Positions 18,868 through 28,278 of a stretch of DNA of 64,000 bases are shown one piece after another (the first letter of the stretch is position 1; the number at the start of each line of letters is the position of its first letter). Source of the DNA: Nitrospirota bacterium. GTDB lineage: Bacteria > Nitrospirota > JACRHJ01. Made by a program: the position numbers and the translations under genes. A model generated the notes under the pieces. The model did no database searches. It was given only the letters and a program-made list of their open reading frames with translations, and was not told the DNA's origin. The stretch is from NCBI GenBank assembly GCA_021784575.1, contig JAJYHX010000001.1:413917-477916 (forward strand), read 5' to 3'.

Positions 18868-19695
18868 ATGCTGGAAGAGACGGCGACCGGTCAGTCGGCC
18901 TGTGTTGCGCCGAAGCCGGCTGGCGGGATGTCTGGCGGACAGGCGGATGCGGCGGATAGCCCGCACGGCTTTGCGAGTGGGCTCGGAGGGGCCGGGGGCA
19001 GCGCGGAAGAGACCGGGTTTATCTCCGTGCCGATGGATGCGGCGGGTGCCGGTATGCCGGCGGCGGGTTTTGGGCCGCGCCGCGTAAAAGGTCCGGGCCA
19101 GGCCGGGACAGCCCCGAACGAGCAGGAGCTTGTCGAGGCTTCGAGGAACGGAGACCCGGAGGCGTTCGGCGCGCTGGTAAAGTTGTATATGCCGAGGGCG
19201 CTTGCGTTCGCCCGGCAGATGACCGGGAACGCGGACGACGCCCAGGACCTCGCCCAGGACGCCTTCGTAAAGGCATACAGGGCGCTGAATTCCTTCAAGG
19301 GCGGCTCGTCGTTTTACACGTGGTTTGTCAGGATATTGTCGAACGTCTGTCTGGATTTCTTACGCAAAAGGACGTTCATAAAGAAGCTCTTCTTCTTTGC
19401 CGCCCCCGAGGAAGAGGATGACGGGCATGACGCGGTAGATCAGGCGCCGGATTGTTCCCGCTCGATAAAACCGGACATGCCCCTCGAACAAAAGGAACTC
19501 CGGGCGGCGCTCAGGAAGGCGCTCTTGTCGCTGCCCCCGAGGCAGCGGGTTGTATTCCTTATGAAGCACGAGGAAGACCTTAAGCTTACGGAGATAGCGA
19601 CGGCCCTGAGAATAAGCGAAGGCGCCGTCAAGGCCCACCTCTTCAGGGCGGTTGAGACCTTGAAAAAGAGCATGAAAGGGTATCGTTATGGATGA
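18868..19695 (+). CDS. ECF-type RNA polymerase sigma factor (sigma-70 family) with ~90-aa Gly/Ala-rich N-terminal extension
   Basis: Region 2 (LVEASRNGDPEAFGALVKLYMPRALAFARQMTGNADDAQDLAQDAFVKAYRAL) and region 4 (RQRVVFLMKHEEDLKLTEIATALRISEGAVKAHLFRA) are recognisable. Good RBS (gaaggaaaacatATG) at 18868. Confidence 0.75.
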   Translation: MLEETATGQSACVAPKPAGGMSGGQADAADSPHGFASGLGGAGGSAEETGFISVPMDAAGAGMPAAGFGPRRVKGPGQAGTAPNEQELVEASRNGDPEAFGALVKLYMPRALAFARQMTGNADDAQDLAQDAFVKAYRALNSFKGGSSFYTWFVRILSNVCLDFLRKRTFIKKLFFFAAPEEEDDGHDAVDQAPDCSRSIKPDMPLEQKELRAALRKALLSLPPRQRVVFLMKHEEDLKLTEIATALRISEGAVKAHLFRAVETLKKSMKGYRYG

Positions 19696-20272
19696 CAGGT
19701 CTTCATGTGATTTCAGCGAGAAGCTGATACTTTACCACTATGGAGAGCTCTCACGAGAGCAGGCCTCCGAGGTAGCCGCGCACGTCATTTCCTGCGCCTC
19801 CTGCCGACGCGAGCTCGATGACATCTCCTTTACGCTCTCCAGCGTTCCTGGGCCCAAGAACCCGACCTCCGGCGAGAGTTATGCCGCCGCCAAGGGCGTT
19901 ATGCGCAGGCTTTTCCGAAAGCCCTCCGCGTTCAGGAGGTTTGTCCCCGTCTACATCACCGCCGCCGCTGCGATAGCCGCCGTGTTGATAGCTTTGTATT
20001 ATCCCGGTTTTAATGCCGGACGGCAGCCCATGCAGGCGCAGGCGGTAAAGGCCCCCGCGCCGGTGGATTGGGAAGTCCTGAACAATATCGATGTAATAGA
20101 CGACCTCGACGTCATACACCAGATAGACCAGAGCGGCCTGGACCAGCTGGGGCCGATAAGGGAATCCCGGCACAGCGTCAGGGCGAGGATGGCGGACAAG
20201 GGGCCTGTCAAGGCGGGAATCAGCGCGGACGGCGGGCGTCCTGAGATTGCCGAGGCAAATAACGGCGGATAA
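19688..20272 (+). CDS. Anti-sigma factor, zinc-finger (zf-HC2) type with one TM segment
   Basis: 194 aa; 8-nt overlap with sigma gene; HVISCASC (HxxxCxxC) motif; central hydrophobic segment PVYITAAAAIAAVLIALYY. Confidence 0.65.
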   Translation: MDDRSSCDFSEKLILYHYGELSREQASEVAAHVISCASCRRELDDISFTLSSVPGPKNPTSGESYAAAKGVMRRLFRKPSAFRRFVPVYITAAAAIAAVLIALYYPGFNAGRQPMQAQAVKAPAPVDWEVLNNIDVIDDLDVIHQIDQSGLDQLGPIRESRHSVRARMADKGPVKAGISADGGRPEIAEANNGG

Positions 20273-20273
20273 G

Positions 20274-20903
20274 ATGTTTATAAAAAAGCTTGCAATCGCA
20301 GCCCTGTTCATCGGGCTGTTTTTTTCCGTTTCGGCCTTCGCGGCGCAGGTTCAGGCCCCTCCTGTTAACGCAAATAAACCGCTTACCTCTCATAAAGCGC
20401 GGACGACGCATACCGTCCGCTTTAAGAGAAGGCTGTTAAAAGACCGCTGGGATTCCCTTTCCCCGCGCGAGCAGCAGGACCTGCTGGAAAACTACGAGAT
20501 ATGGAGGACGATGTCGCCCGCGAGGCGCAGGCGCCTCAGAAGGGCGTACCGCCTTTTCAACTCGCTCCCGCCCGCCAGGAGGCAGGAGCTCCGGGAAAAA
20601 TACGAAAAGATGAAGGCCCTCCCGCCGGAAGAGCGCGCGAAGGTGATGGGCAAGGTGGAGCGCTGGCGGAAGATGACCCCGCAGGAGAAACAGGACTACA
20701 GGGAAGGAATTGCCCGGTTCGACGCACTGCCGCCGGAGAAACAGGCGAAAATTCGCTCACAGCTTCGGGAGCTAAAGTCCCTCCCGCCGAGAGAGCGCGC
20801 CAGGCGGCGCGAAGAGATAAGGCGGGAACTCGCCCGACAGGGAATAATAATCCCCCGCAGGGAAACAGCCGAAAAGACTCAAAAGCCTGTATCCAAACCA
20901 TAA
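20274..20903 (+). CDS. Periplasmic repeat protein, DUF3106-like (repeated LPPxxRxxLRxxxxxW(R)xM motifs)
   Basis: Signal peptide MFIKKLAIAALFIGLFFSVSAFA. At least 5 repeats (SLSPREQQDLLENYEIWRTMSP, LPPARRQELREKYEKMKALPPEERAKVMGKVERWRKMTPQEK, LPPEKQAKIRSQLRELKSLPPRER). Third gene of the sigma/anti-sigma module. Confidence 0.5.
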   Translation: MFIKKLAIAALFIGLFFSVSAFAAQVQAPPVNANKPLTSHKARTTHTVRFKRRLLKDRWDSLSPREQQDLLENYEIWRTMSPARRRRLRRAYRLFNSLPPARRQELREKYEKMKALPPEERAKVMGKVERWRKMTPQEKQDYREGIARFDALPPEKQAKIRSQLRELKSLPPRERARRREEIRRELARQGIIIPRRETAEKTQKPVSKP

Positions 20904-20927
20904 CCGCCCGACCGAGCGGAGTTAACG

Positions 20928-21425
20928 TCAGCGCGCCCGCAGAGGCGTGAGAGGCGTTTTCATAACGAACGGGCCGGATATCTTGCCGGCCATGTAAAGG
21001 CACCGCCTGGTCTCGTCGAGCATCATGCCTATGCCATTCTGCCAGCTCACGGCCCCGCCCGGACGGTTCATGCCGTAGCCCGGCCCTTTGGCGCTGCCTA
21101 TCAGCGCAAGAAGCGCGAGGTTTATCTGGTCGAGGTTCCGGACAAGGAGCCTGAAAAGCCCTCTCTGATCCCTCGGTAGGACCTTAAGACCCAGCCTGCG
21201 CAGGTTGTCTATGGCCGCCCGCCTTGCCGTAATCCTGTCGGCAGCCGCCTTCAGCTTCCGCGCGTCCATTGCCCTGGCGCCGCCCGTGCCGCGCATATCC
21301 ACCTTTACAGTCTCGTAGTCCCTTTGTGTGGCGTCGAGGAGATTGGAAAACCTGCTTTCGGCGCGCGCGGTAGCGGCAAGGGAAGCAAATGCCATTACCG
21401 ATACCAAAAAAGCTTGATACTTCAT
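20928..21425 (-). CDS. Hypothetical secreted protein
   Basis: Signal peptide MKYQAFLVSVMAFASLAATARA with strong RBS (ggaaaggaggcggcgATG); no recognisable domain. The track ORF is extended by 17 codons upstream. Confidence 0.45.
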   Translation of the reverse strand: MKYQAFLVSVMAFASLAATARAESRFSNLLDATQRDYETVKVDMRGTGGARAMDARKLKAAADRITARRAAIDNLRRLGLKVLPRDQRGLFRLLVRNLDQINLALLALIGSAKGPGYGMNRPGGAVSWQNGIGMMLDETRRCLYMAGKISGPFVMKTPLTPLRAR

Positions 21426-21811
21426 CGCCGCCTCCTTTCCTGTAACCGGGATTTTCGCCAAGCTCAAAAGCGGCAAAGGCCCGGCATGGATAAAGCTCGC
21501 CGTCCTTAAGCCGTGTCGAAAACCCGTTTTTCGATTTTTGCCGGAGATTTCGTATTGCTTTTTATTTGTAAAACGGAACGCCCGGAGGTTGATTCCGGGG
21601 TCTATAGGGAGTATAATATTTGTGTTTCTTTCAAAGAACGCGTTACTGCGAAGACGTATGCATAAGTATAATGCCTTTTAGCATCCTGGTCAAGTGTTAT
21701 ATTTTGCAGCAATTTCACGGGGATAGACATTAAGTAAAATTAATTATTATTTTCTTGCCGCGCATAACCCGTCAAAGCTATCATCTCTCGGGGGGCAGGA
21801 AAGGGATAAAG

Positions 21812-22546
21812 TTGAAAGACCTCAAGATAGATTTCCATATACACTCGAAGGAAGACCCGCACGACTTCCTCAGAAACGACGCCTGCAAGATAATCGACAT
21901 GATGGCGGCAAGGGGTTTCGACGCAATCGCCATCACGAACCATAACCGGTTCACCTGGTCGGAGCGGCTCCGGGACTACGCCGGGGAGAGAGGCGTCATT
22001 TTGATACGCGGGGTCGAGCGCACGATAAAACGTAGGCACGTCCTGCTTATAAATTTCCCGGGCGAAACCGGCGATTACCGCACCCTGGACGACGTCGAGG
22101 GTGCAAAAAGGGAGGACAACCTTGTAATAGCCGCGCATCCGTACTTCCCGATGCCGACGGCCTCCGGGACGCTTCTCGACAGCCGCCCCGAGGTGTTCGA
22201 CGCCCTGGAATACTGCCATTATTACGTAAAGAACTTAAACTTCAACAACCGGGCGGTCTCGCGCGCCCTGGAGATGGGAAAGCCACTCATAGGCAACTCC
22301 GACGCGCACGTAACCCGACAGATTGGCCGCACCTATTCCATTGTAAAGGCTGAGAAAAACCCTGAAGCGATAATCCGGGCCATCAAGGAAGGCCGGGTGA
22401 AGGTAATAAGCCGCCCGTACCGCGCCGCCCAGCTTTTGCGCATATCCTCGGTAATTTCCATAAGGAACTTCCACGGCAGGATGAAATGCCTGATAAAAAA
22501 CGGCAAATACGGCTACCGGGGCGATGTGGACACGCTGCCGGACTAA
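21812..22546 (+). CDS. PHP-domain metal-dependent phosphoesterase
   Basis: LKDLKIDFHIHS... (His-rich PHP motif I), ...AITNHN..., ...AHPYFP..., ...GNSDAHV. Probable TTG start at 21812 with RBS aggaaaggg; the track ORF begins at an upstream TTG at 21755. Confidence 0.6.
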   Translation: MKDLKIDFHIHSKEDPHDFLRNDACKIIDMMAARGFDAIAITNHNRFTWSERLRDYAGERGVILIRGVERTIKRRHVLLINFPGETGDYRTLDDVEGAKREDNLVIAAHPYFPMPTASGTLLDSRPEVFDALEYCHYYVKNLNFNNRAVSRALEMGKPLIGNSDAHVTRQIGRTYSIVKAEKNPEAIIRAIKEGRVKVISRPYRAAQLLRISSVISIRNFHGRMKCLIKNGKYGYRGDVDTLPD

Positions 22547-22572
22547 GCGGAACCGCTTGTTTTTCTGCTATG

Positions 22573-23109
22573 TCAGCCCGTCAGCCTGGGGAAGCCCAGG
22601 CCCTTCCGGCTTGGCGCCGGCATACTTAAGACCCGCATTTCCTTAAACCTGCTCCCGTCCCAGTAGAAGAACAGGTTCGGCCCGTTCTGGATAAAAAGAT
22701 TGATTCCCGGCGCCCTCAGAACAAGGTTTGCCTTCCGGTTATTTTTGTCCAGCACCTCGTAGTTCCCCGGTGGCGCGGGCTGTATGCTCCAGAACTGCGG
22801 GCCTGTGTCCCCTTCGGCAACCTCTTGTATTTCCGGCTGATTTCCGGTATTCAAGAACACGAAAAGCCCCCACCACTGCGGCCTGTCCGTCCGGATGAGT
22901 ATCCAGGCGTCGTCCTGGGCGCCGACGCCTGTAAAGTCGGCCCGGAAGTGGAACGGCACCGGGATTTCCTTCCTGTAGGTCTGCCAGAAGCCCGAGTAAT
23001 CGCTATCGACAGGGTATCGCCAGCCTTCCGGCGGCGCCGTTTGGGCGAATACGGCGGAAGCCGATGAAAACACAAGGAAAACGAGGAGATGTCTTAGAAA
23101 ACGCGGCAT
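22573..23109 (-). CDS. Hypothetical secreted protein
   Basis: Signal peptide MPRFLRHLLVFLVFSSASAVFAQ; Trp/Pro-rich; no recognisable family. Confidence 0.4.
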   Translation of the reverse strand: MPRFLRHLLVFLVFSSASAVFAQTAPPEGWRYPVDSDYSGFWQTYRKEIPVPFHFRADFTGVGAQDDAWILIRTDRPQWWGLFVFLNTGNQPEIQEVAEGDTGPQFWSIQPAPPGNYEVLDKNNRKANLVLRAPGINLFIQNGPNLFFYWDGSRFKEMRVLSMPAPSRKGLGFPRLTG

Positions 23110-23466
23110 AATGCACAATTATCGCCCTCACTAATGGCAGTGTCAAATAAAGGTTTTTTTATTAATTTGCCAGTCGGACCGCGCCCTGTTTTACCCCCGG
23201 AATCACACCCTGCCCGACGCCCGGTTTTTGTCCCAAAATCACGCCGTTCCCAGCACCCCCTTTTTGGCCAGAAATTGCCCCAAAACGGCCCGTTTTCGAG
23301 CCGCTTTCGATGCCGCCCGAAAAACTCTATTTTAACTTATTTTTTCTTTAATAATCAGTTTGTTGTGTAGTTAATCCGGAATAACCACTAACAATGAATT
23401 TCGCCTACCGATGAGGATTGCTCAATGGCGTTCAGGTCGAAGTATTAGTAAATAGCATCGCCATTC

Positions 23467-23510
23467 ATCCCCCTCTTAAGATAAGAGGGGGAACGAGGGG
23501 GCGTTATGAC
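23467..23510. repeat. MITE-like palindromic repeat family C (CCCCTCT-TAAGATAA-GAGGGGG ... GGGGGCGTTATG), copy 1
   Basis: atccccctcttaagataagagggggaacgagggggcgttatgac; near-identical to 63771..63812; related copies 23866 and 25316. Confidence 0.65.
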
Positions 23511-23527
23511 AACTGTGGATGGCGGCG

Positions 23528-23670
23528 AACCCTCTCCCGGCCTTAGGCCACCCTCTCCCATGAAAGGGAGAGGGGTAAACTCTTACCCTCCCCCGCCGCT
23601 GGAGGAGGGGGAACCGGCCCCCGCCGGTGGGAGAGGGCTGAGGGGCGGGCGCAAGTGAACTTGCGCCCCT
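23528..23670. repeat. MITE-like repeat family B, copy 2, plus additional GC-rich hairpins (gggcgcaagt-gaac-ttgcgccc)
   Basis: ccctctcccatgaaagggagaggggtaaactcttaccctcccccgccgctggaggagggggaa matches 6300..6400 copy. Confidence 0.55.
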
Positions 23671-23865
23671 ACGACAGGCAGCCGCGGAGGCTTGGCCAAG
23701 ATTCCGGTTGAGGTGTTCGGGAATAACGGGCGGCGGCATTATCTCCTTGACATTTCTTTAATTCTCCAATAAAATCCATCCTTCCCGTAATATGGGAAGG
23801 CGCGGAGGTGCGCCCTTTTTGCTGCGGCGCCAAAAAGGCCGGGGCGTGATATAATTTTCATAACT

Positions 23866-23908
23866 CCCCTAATCCCCTCTGAATCTTAAGAGGAGAGCCG
23901 GGGGGGGT
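23866..23908. repeat. Family C-related palindromic repeat immediately upstream of ffh
   Basis: taactcccctaatcccctctgaatcttaagaggagagccgggggggg (cccctct-N-taagagg palindrome). Confidence 0.45.
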
Positions 23909-23923
23909 AGTTCAGGCGGCTGG

Positions 23924-25252
23924 ATGTTCGAGAGCTTATCCGAAAAACTGGAGAAGGTATTCAAGCGGCTTAAGGGGCGGGGTGTCCTGACAGAGGCGGA
24001 CGTCTCCGACGCGCTCCGCGAGGTGCGGATGGCGCTCCTTGAAGCCGACGTAAACTTCAAGGTCGTAAAGGATTTCGTCGAGGCAGTCCGCGTAAAGGCC
24101 GTCGGAAGCGGCGTCCTTGAGAGCCTCACCCCCGGCCAGCAGGTCGTGAAGATCGTCCATGACGAGCTGGTGAGGATGATGGGCGAGTCCGCGGCCCGCA
24201 TACAGCTTGTCCCGAACAGGCCGACGGTCGTGATGATGGTCGGCCTTCAAGGCTCCGGAAAGACGACCACCTCCGGCAAGCTCGCGCGGATGTTCAGGAA
24301 GGGCGGCAGAAAGACCCTGCTTGTCGCGGCGGATACGCAAAGGCCCGCGGCAATCGACCAGCTCATCACGCTCGGAAAGCAGCTCGGCGTCGAGGTGGAG
24401 GAATCCCGTCCGGGCGAAGACCCGGTCGCCGTCTGCGAGCGCGGCCTTGACAGGGCGAGGCGCGGGGCATTCGGCGTGGTTATAATGGATACCGCCGGAC
24501 GCCTGCACGTGGACGACGCCCTGATGGACCAGCTCCAGGCGGTCAGGGCGAAGGTCAGCCCCGACGAGATACTGTTCGTCGCCGACGCCATGACCGGCCA
24601 GGACGCCGTAAAGGCGGCCGCGGCCTTCGACGGCATGCTCGGCCTGACCGGCGTCATCCTTACGAAGATGGACGGCGACGCAAGGGGCGGCGCGGCGCTC
24701 TCGATACGGGCCGTTACCGGGCGTCCGATAAAGTTCGCGGGCATGGGCGAGAAGCTCGACGCCCTGGAGCCTTTTTACCCGGACAGGGTGGCCTCCCGGA
24801 TACTCGGCATGGGAGACGTCCTCTCGCTCATCGAGAAGGCGGAAGAGAGCGTATCCCTCGAGGAGGCGAAAGACCTCGAAGCAAAGGTCCGGCAGGGAGA
24901 TTTCTCGCTCGAGGACTTCCGCGTCCAGCTCATGCAGGTAAAGAAACTGGGGCCGCTCGACCAGCTGCTTGGGATGATACCGGGCATGGGCAAGCTCAAG
25001 GGCGCGATGGCGAACGTGGACGACCGGGAGGTTGACCGCATCGTCGCCATAATAAACTCCATGACGTCGAAGGAGCGCAGGAACGTAAACATAATAAACG
25101 GCAGCAGGCGTAAGCGCATCGCGAGGGGCAGCGGCACTCAGGTGCAGGAAGTGAACCGCCTGCTGAAGCAGTTCGCCGAGACCCGAAAGATTATGAAAAT
25201 GCTCTCCAGGCCGGGAGGGAAACTCAGGCTCGGCAGGGGGCTGTTCGGATAA
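23924..25252 (+). CDS. ffh: Signal recognition particle protein Ffh
   Basis: 442 aa; MFESLSEKLEKVFKRLKGRG...; GTPase P-loop GLQGSGKTTTSGKLA; DTAGR; M-domain Met-rich C-terminus. Confidence 0.95.
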   Translation: MFESLSEKLEKVFKRLKGRGVLTEADVSDALREVRMALLEADVNFKVVKDFVEAVRVKAVGSGVLESLTPGQQVVKIVHDELVRMMGESAARIQLVPNRPTVVMMVGLQGSGKTTTSGKLARMFRKGGRKTLLVAADTQRPAAIDQLITLGKQLGVEVEESRPGEDPVAVCERGLDRARRGAFGVVIMDTAGRLHVDDALMDQLQAVRAKVSPDEILFVADAMTGQDAVKAAAAFDGMLGLTGVILTKMDGDARGGAALSIRAVTGRPIKFAGMGEKLDALEPFYPDRVASRILGMGDVLSLIEKAEESVSLEEAKDLEAKVRQGDFSLEDFRVQLMQVKKLGPLDQLLGMIPGMGKLKGAMANVDDREVDRIVAIINSMTSKERRNVNIINGSRRKRIARGSGTQVQEVNRLLKQFAETRKIMKMLSRPGGKLRLGRGLFG

Positions 25253-25262
25253 GATTTTGTTC

Positions 25263-25291
25263 GTCATTCCCGCGAAAGCGGGAACCCGGTG
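25263..25291 (+). repeat. Partial family A repeat (left arm only) just downstream of ffh, followed by a family C copy at 25316..25350
   Basis: gtcattcccgcgaaagcgggaacccggtg then aatccccctcttgtcttaagaggggcgaaagagg. Confidence 0.5.
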
Positions 25292-25375
25292 TATTTTAAT
25301 AACGCCACCTTAATCCCCCTCTTGTCTTAAGAGGGGCGAAAGAGGAGCAAAGATAATTTAGAAGGAGGTGATTGA

Positions 25376-25645
25376 ATGGCGGTAAAGATAAGGCTTACGC
25401 GCAAGGGAACTCACAAACAGCCGTATTACAGGGTTGTGGCGACGGACTCCCGCTCGCCAAGAGACGGGCGCTTTCTGGACATACTCGGCACCTACGACCC
25501 CCTTGCGAAACCGGCTCTCATAGAGCTCGACCGTGAGAAAGTGGTGTCCTGGCTTAAAAAAGGCGCGACTCCCTCGGAGACGGTCAGGTCTCTTATAAAG
25601 ACGTCCGGAGTCCTCAAGGCCGGGGACGCGCCACAGGTTTCCTAA
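25376..25645 (+). CDS. rpsP: 30S ribosomal protein S16
   Basis: MAVKIRLTRKGTHKQPYYRVVATDSRSPRDGRFLD...; RBS gaaggaggtg upstream. Confidence 0.95.
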   Translation: MAVKIRLTRKGTHKQPYYRVVATDSRSPRDGRFLDILGTYDPLAKPALIELDREKVVSWLKKGATPSETVRSLIKTSGVLKAGDAPQVS

Positions 25646-25799
25646 GGCTTGAATCCGTGTTCGCGGCAAATCGAAAACACGTGTTCGTGATTCGCCACTC
25701 GTGTTCGTGGCGGAACTTGAGAATTTAGATTTTCACGGACACGCATAACGTCCTTTATGTTCTGACCGGCACGGCCACTACTACCAGCGGAGGTGGGCA

Positions 25800-26030
25800 A
25801 TGAAAGACCTGATCGAACACATCGCCAAGGCTCTGGTCGATAATCCTGAACAGGTGAGCGTCGCCGAAGTCGAGGGAGAGAAAACCACCGTCATCGAACT
25901 GAGGGTCGCCCAATCCGACCTGGGGAAGGTTATAGGCAAGGAGGGCAAGACCGCCCGCGCCATGCGCACAATCCTGAACGCAGCCGGGACAAAGATCGGG
26001 AAAAGGTGCGTCCTGGAGATACTCGAATAA
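25800..26030 (+). CDS. KH-domain RNA-binding protein (YlqC/UPF0109 family)
   Basis: 76 aa; [16 protein letters not shown] (GXXG KH loop); conserved position between rpsP and rimM. Confidence 0.8.
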   Translation: MKDLIEHIAKALVDNPEQVSVAEVEGEKTTVIELRVAQSDLGKVIGKEGKTARAMRTILNAAGTKIGKRCVLEILE

Positions 26031-26671
26031 AAAAGCGCGTCCTTGTCGGCATAGTTCTGAAGACCATCGGGCTTAAAGGCGAGCTTAAAATAAGGTCCCT
26101 CACCGACAACCCGGACCGTTACCGGCCCGGGGCAGTGATGTGGGCGGCCGGGGCCGGCGGGACGGGGAATACGGGAGGCGCCGGGGCGCGAGCCGCCGGT
26201 CAACCGGACACCGGGCGCGCCGAAGCTGTTTTGGAAGGCCCGGGGCGCGCCGAGGTTGTTCCGTCGGCGGACGTGCCGCTTACCGTAAAATCCGTGCGGG
26301 AAAGCGGGCGCGACCTTGCCGTGTTCTTTGAAGAGGCAGGCTCGATCGAAGACGCCGAGGCCCTGCGGGGCAAAGAGCTTTTCGTCCCGGAGTCGGAAGT
26401 CCCGCCCCTGCCGGAAGGCGAGTATTACCACTTCCAGATGCTGGGCCTCCGGGTCTACACCAGCCGCGGGAGGCTCCTGGGCATGTTGAGCGATATAATC
26501 TCCGCGGGCGCGAGAGACGTATACGTCGTGAAGCCTGTCGAGCCGGCAGACCGGCTGCGCGGGACGGGACGGGAATATTTGATACCCGCCACAGACGACG
26601 CGATTGAGATGATAGACATGGCGGGCGGCAGGATAACCCTGCGCCCGATGAAGGGCTATATCCCGGAGTGA
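26006..26671 (+). CDS. rimM: Ribosome maturation factor RimM (with Gly/Ala-rich internal insertion)
   Basis: GTG start overlapping KH gene; [25 protein letters not shown]... RimM N-domain; PRC-barrel C-domain ([25 protein letters not shown]). Confidence 0.75.
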   Translation: MRPGDTRIKKRVLVGIVLKTIGLKGELKIRSLTDNPDRYRPGAVMWAAGAGGTGNTGGAGARAAGQPDTGRAEAVLEGPGRAEVVPSADVPLTVKSVRESGRDLAVFFEEAGSIEDAEALRGKELFVPESEVPPLPEGEYYHFQMLGLRVYTSRGRLLGMLSDIISAGARDVYVVKPVEPADRLRGTGREYLIPATDDAIEMIDMAGGRITLRPMKGYIPE

Positions 26672-26685
26672 GGCCGGTCAACCGG

Positions 26686-27420
26686 ATGAACTGCGAGGTC
26701 CTTACCCTTTTCCCGGGTATTGTCGAGGCCGCGGTCGGCGACAGCATCCTGAAGCGCGCGCGGGAGAAGGGTCTTCTCAACATAAAAATAACCGACATCC
26801 GGAGCTTCACCAAAGGGAAACACAAGACGGCTGACGACGTCCCCTTCGGCGGCGGGCCGGGTATGGTTATGAAGCCGGAGCCGGTCTTCGAGGCCGTCGA
26901 GGCCGCAGCCGGGGGTGACGGGAATAAGGCTGCGCGTGTTATCCTCATGTCGCCCCAGGGGCCGGCATTCAGCCACGCAAAGGCCGTGGAGCTCTCCCGC
27001 GAGACCAGGAAGCTCATATTCATCTGCGGGCGCTACGAAGGCATCGACGAGCGTGTGCGGACCCTGGCGGACGAAGAGCTTTCCCTGGGCGATTTTGTCC
27101 TTTCCGGCGGAGAGCTCGCGGCGGCGGCGGTCATAGAGGCCTCGACAAGGCTCATCCCCGGCGTGCTTGGAGACGATGAATCCGCCGGACAGGATTCGTT
27201 CTGCGAAGGTCTCCTGGACTACCCGCACTATACCCGTCCGGCGGAGTATCGGGGGATGAAGGTTCCGGAAGCGCTTCTCTCCGGGAACCATGCCGAGATA
27301 CGGCGTTGGAGGCGAAAAGAGGCGCTTAGGGCGACCATGCAAAAACGGCCCGACCTGCTTGAGGGCGCGGCCCTGACGGATGAGGACAGAAGGCTGATAG
27401 AGGAACTGGAAAACGAGTAA
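26686..27420 (+). CDS. trmD: tRNA (guanine37-N1)-methyltransferase
   Basis: MNCEVLTLFPGIVEAAVGDSILKRAREKGLL...DDVPFGGGPGMVMKPEP...: canonical TrmD. An alternative start at 26668 would overlap the rimM stop. Confidence 0.9.
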   Translation: MNCEVLTLFPGIVEAAVGDSILKRAREKGLLNIKITDIRSFTKGKHKTADDVPFGGGPGMVMKPEPVFEAVEAAAGGDGNKAARVILMSPQGPAFSHAKAVELSRETRKLIFICGRYEGIDERVRTLADEELSLGDFVLSGGELAAAAVIEASTRLIPGVLGDDESAGQDSFCEGLLDYPHYTRPAEYRGMKVPEALLSGNHAEIRRWRRKEALRATMQKRPDLLEGAALTDEDRRLIEELENE

Positions 27421-27469
27421 TTTATACATTGCCCTTATTCACTACCCCGTAAAGAACAAAAACGGGGAC

Positions 27470-28075
27470 GTGGTCTCCACCGCGATTACGAACCTCGACC
27501 TGCACGACATGGCGCGGACGGCGAAGACATACGGCGTGAAGGGCTATTACATAATTAACCCGATGGCCGCCCAGAGGGAGCTTGCCGAAAGGATAATAAG
27601 GCACTGGACGGAAGGTTTCGGAGCGGGTTACAACCCGAACCGCGGCGAGGCGCTCCGCATCATAAAAATCGTGCCGGAGTTCCATGACGCGCTTTCCGGG
27701 ATAGAGCGGGAAACCGGGGCAAGGCCGAAGGTCGTGGCCACGGCGGCGCGCGAACCCGGCGAAAGCGGACGCGCATGTGACGACCAAGTTATACGGGAGC
27801 GGGCCGAGCAGGGTTCGCATGGCGGCAGGGTTATAGGTTTTGCGCGGGCGCGGGAGATAATAAACGCCGGGCCGGCTGTAATTGCCTTCGGGACGGGCTG
27901 GGGACTGACGGATGAGTTCATGGAATCATGCGACTTCCGGCTCGTGCCCATCCGGTGCGCGGGCGGATATGAGGGCCGCTCTGCCGACCCGGCCGGCGGC
28001 GATAACGGATACAACCACCTGCCGGTTCGTTCCGCCGCCGCGATTATCCTTGACAGGCTGGCGGGAGAACGGTAA
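27470..28075 (+). CDS. Predicted SPOUT-class RNA methyltransferase (Methyltrn_RNA_4/DUF2168-like) inserted between trmD and rplS
   Basis: C-terminal SPOUT motif GYNHLPVRSAAAIILDRL. The in-frame upstream sequence LYIALIHYPVKNKNGDV lacks ATG/GTG/TTG, so the annotated GTG start at 27470 may truncate the real N-terminus. Confidence 0.5.
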   Translation: MVSTAITNLDLHDMARTAKTYGVKGYYIINPMAAQRELAERIIRHWTEGFGAGYNPNRGEALRIIKIVPEFHDALSGIERETGARPKVVATAAREPGESGRACDDQVIRERAEQGSHGGRVIGFARAREIINAGPAVIAFGTGWGLTDEFMESCDFRLVPIRCAGGYEGRSADPAGGDNGYNHLPVRSAAAIILDRLAGER

Positions 28076-28124
28076 TAATAGACGGCCCGAAAATACGCTA
28101 TTCGTGTTTACGAAAAATAGCGGC

Positions 28125-28210
28125 TGTTATTCCCGCGAAAGCGGGAACCCGGCGTCTTTTGTCATTCGATGGGAAGTCTCCGGGCCCCCGTTTCCACGGG
28201 GGTGACGAGC
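28125..28210 (+). repeat. MITE-like repeat family A copy upstream of rplS
   Basis: ctgttattcccgcgaaagcgggaacccggcg...ccgggcccccgtttccacgggggtgacgagcc. Confidence 0.6.
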
Positions 28211-28278
28211 CTTTAAATTCCTTACACGAACACGGACAACGAACCACGGACACGGATTTATAAGGAGGTTTTAGAAAA

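Noticed and set aside
23119-23923. SRP (4.5S) RNA gene next to ffh
   Set aside because: I looked for the conserved domain IV core (GGAAG...GCAGC-like apical motif) in this 800-bp spacer and did not see it. The region is occupied by family B/C palindromic repeats instead.
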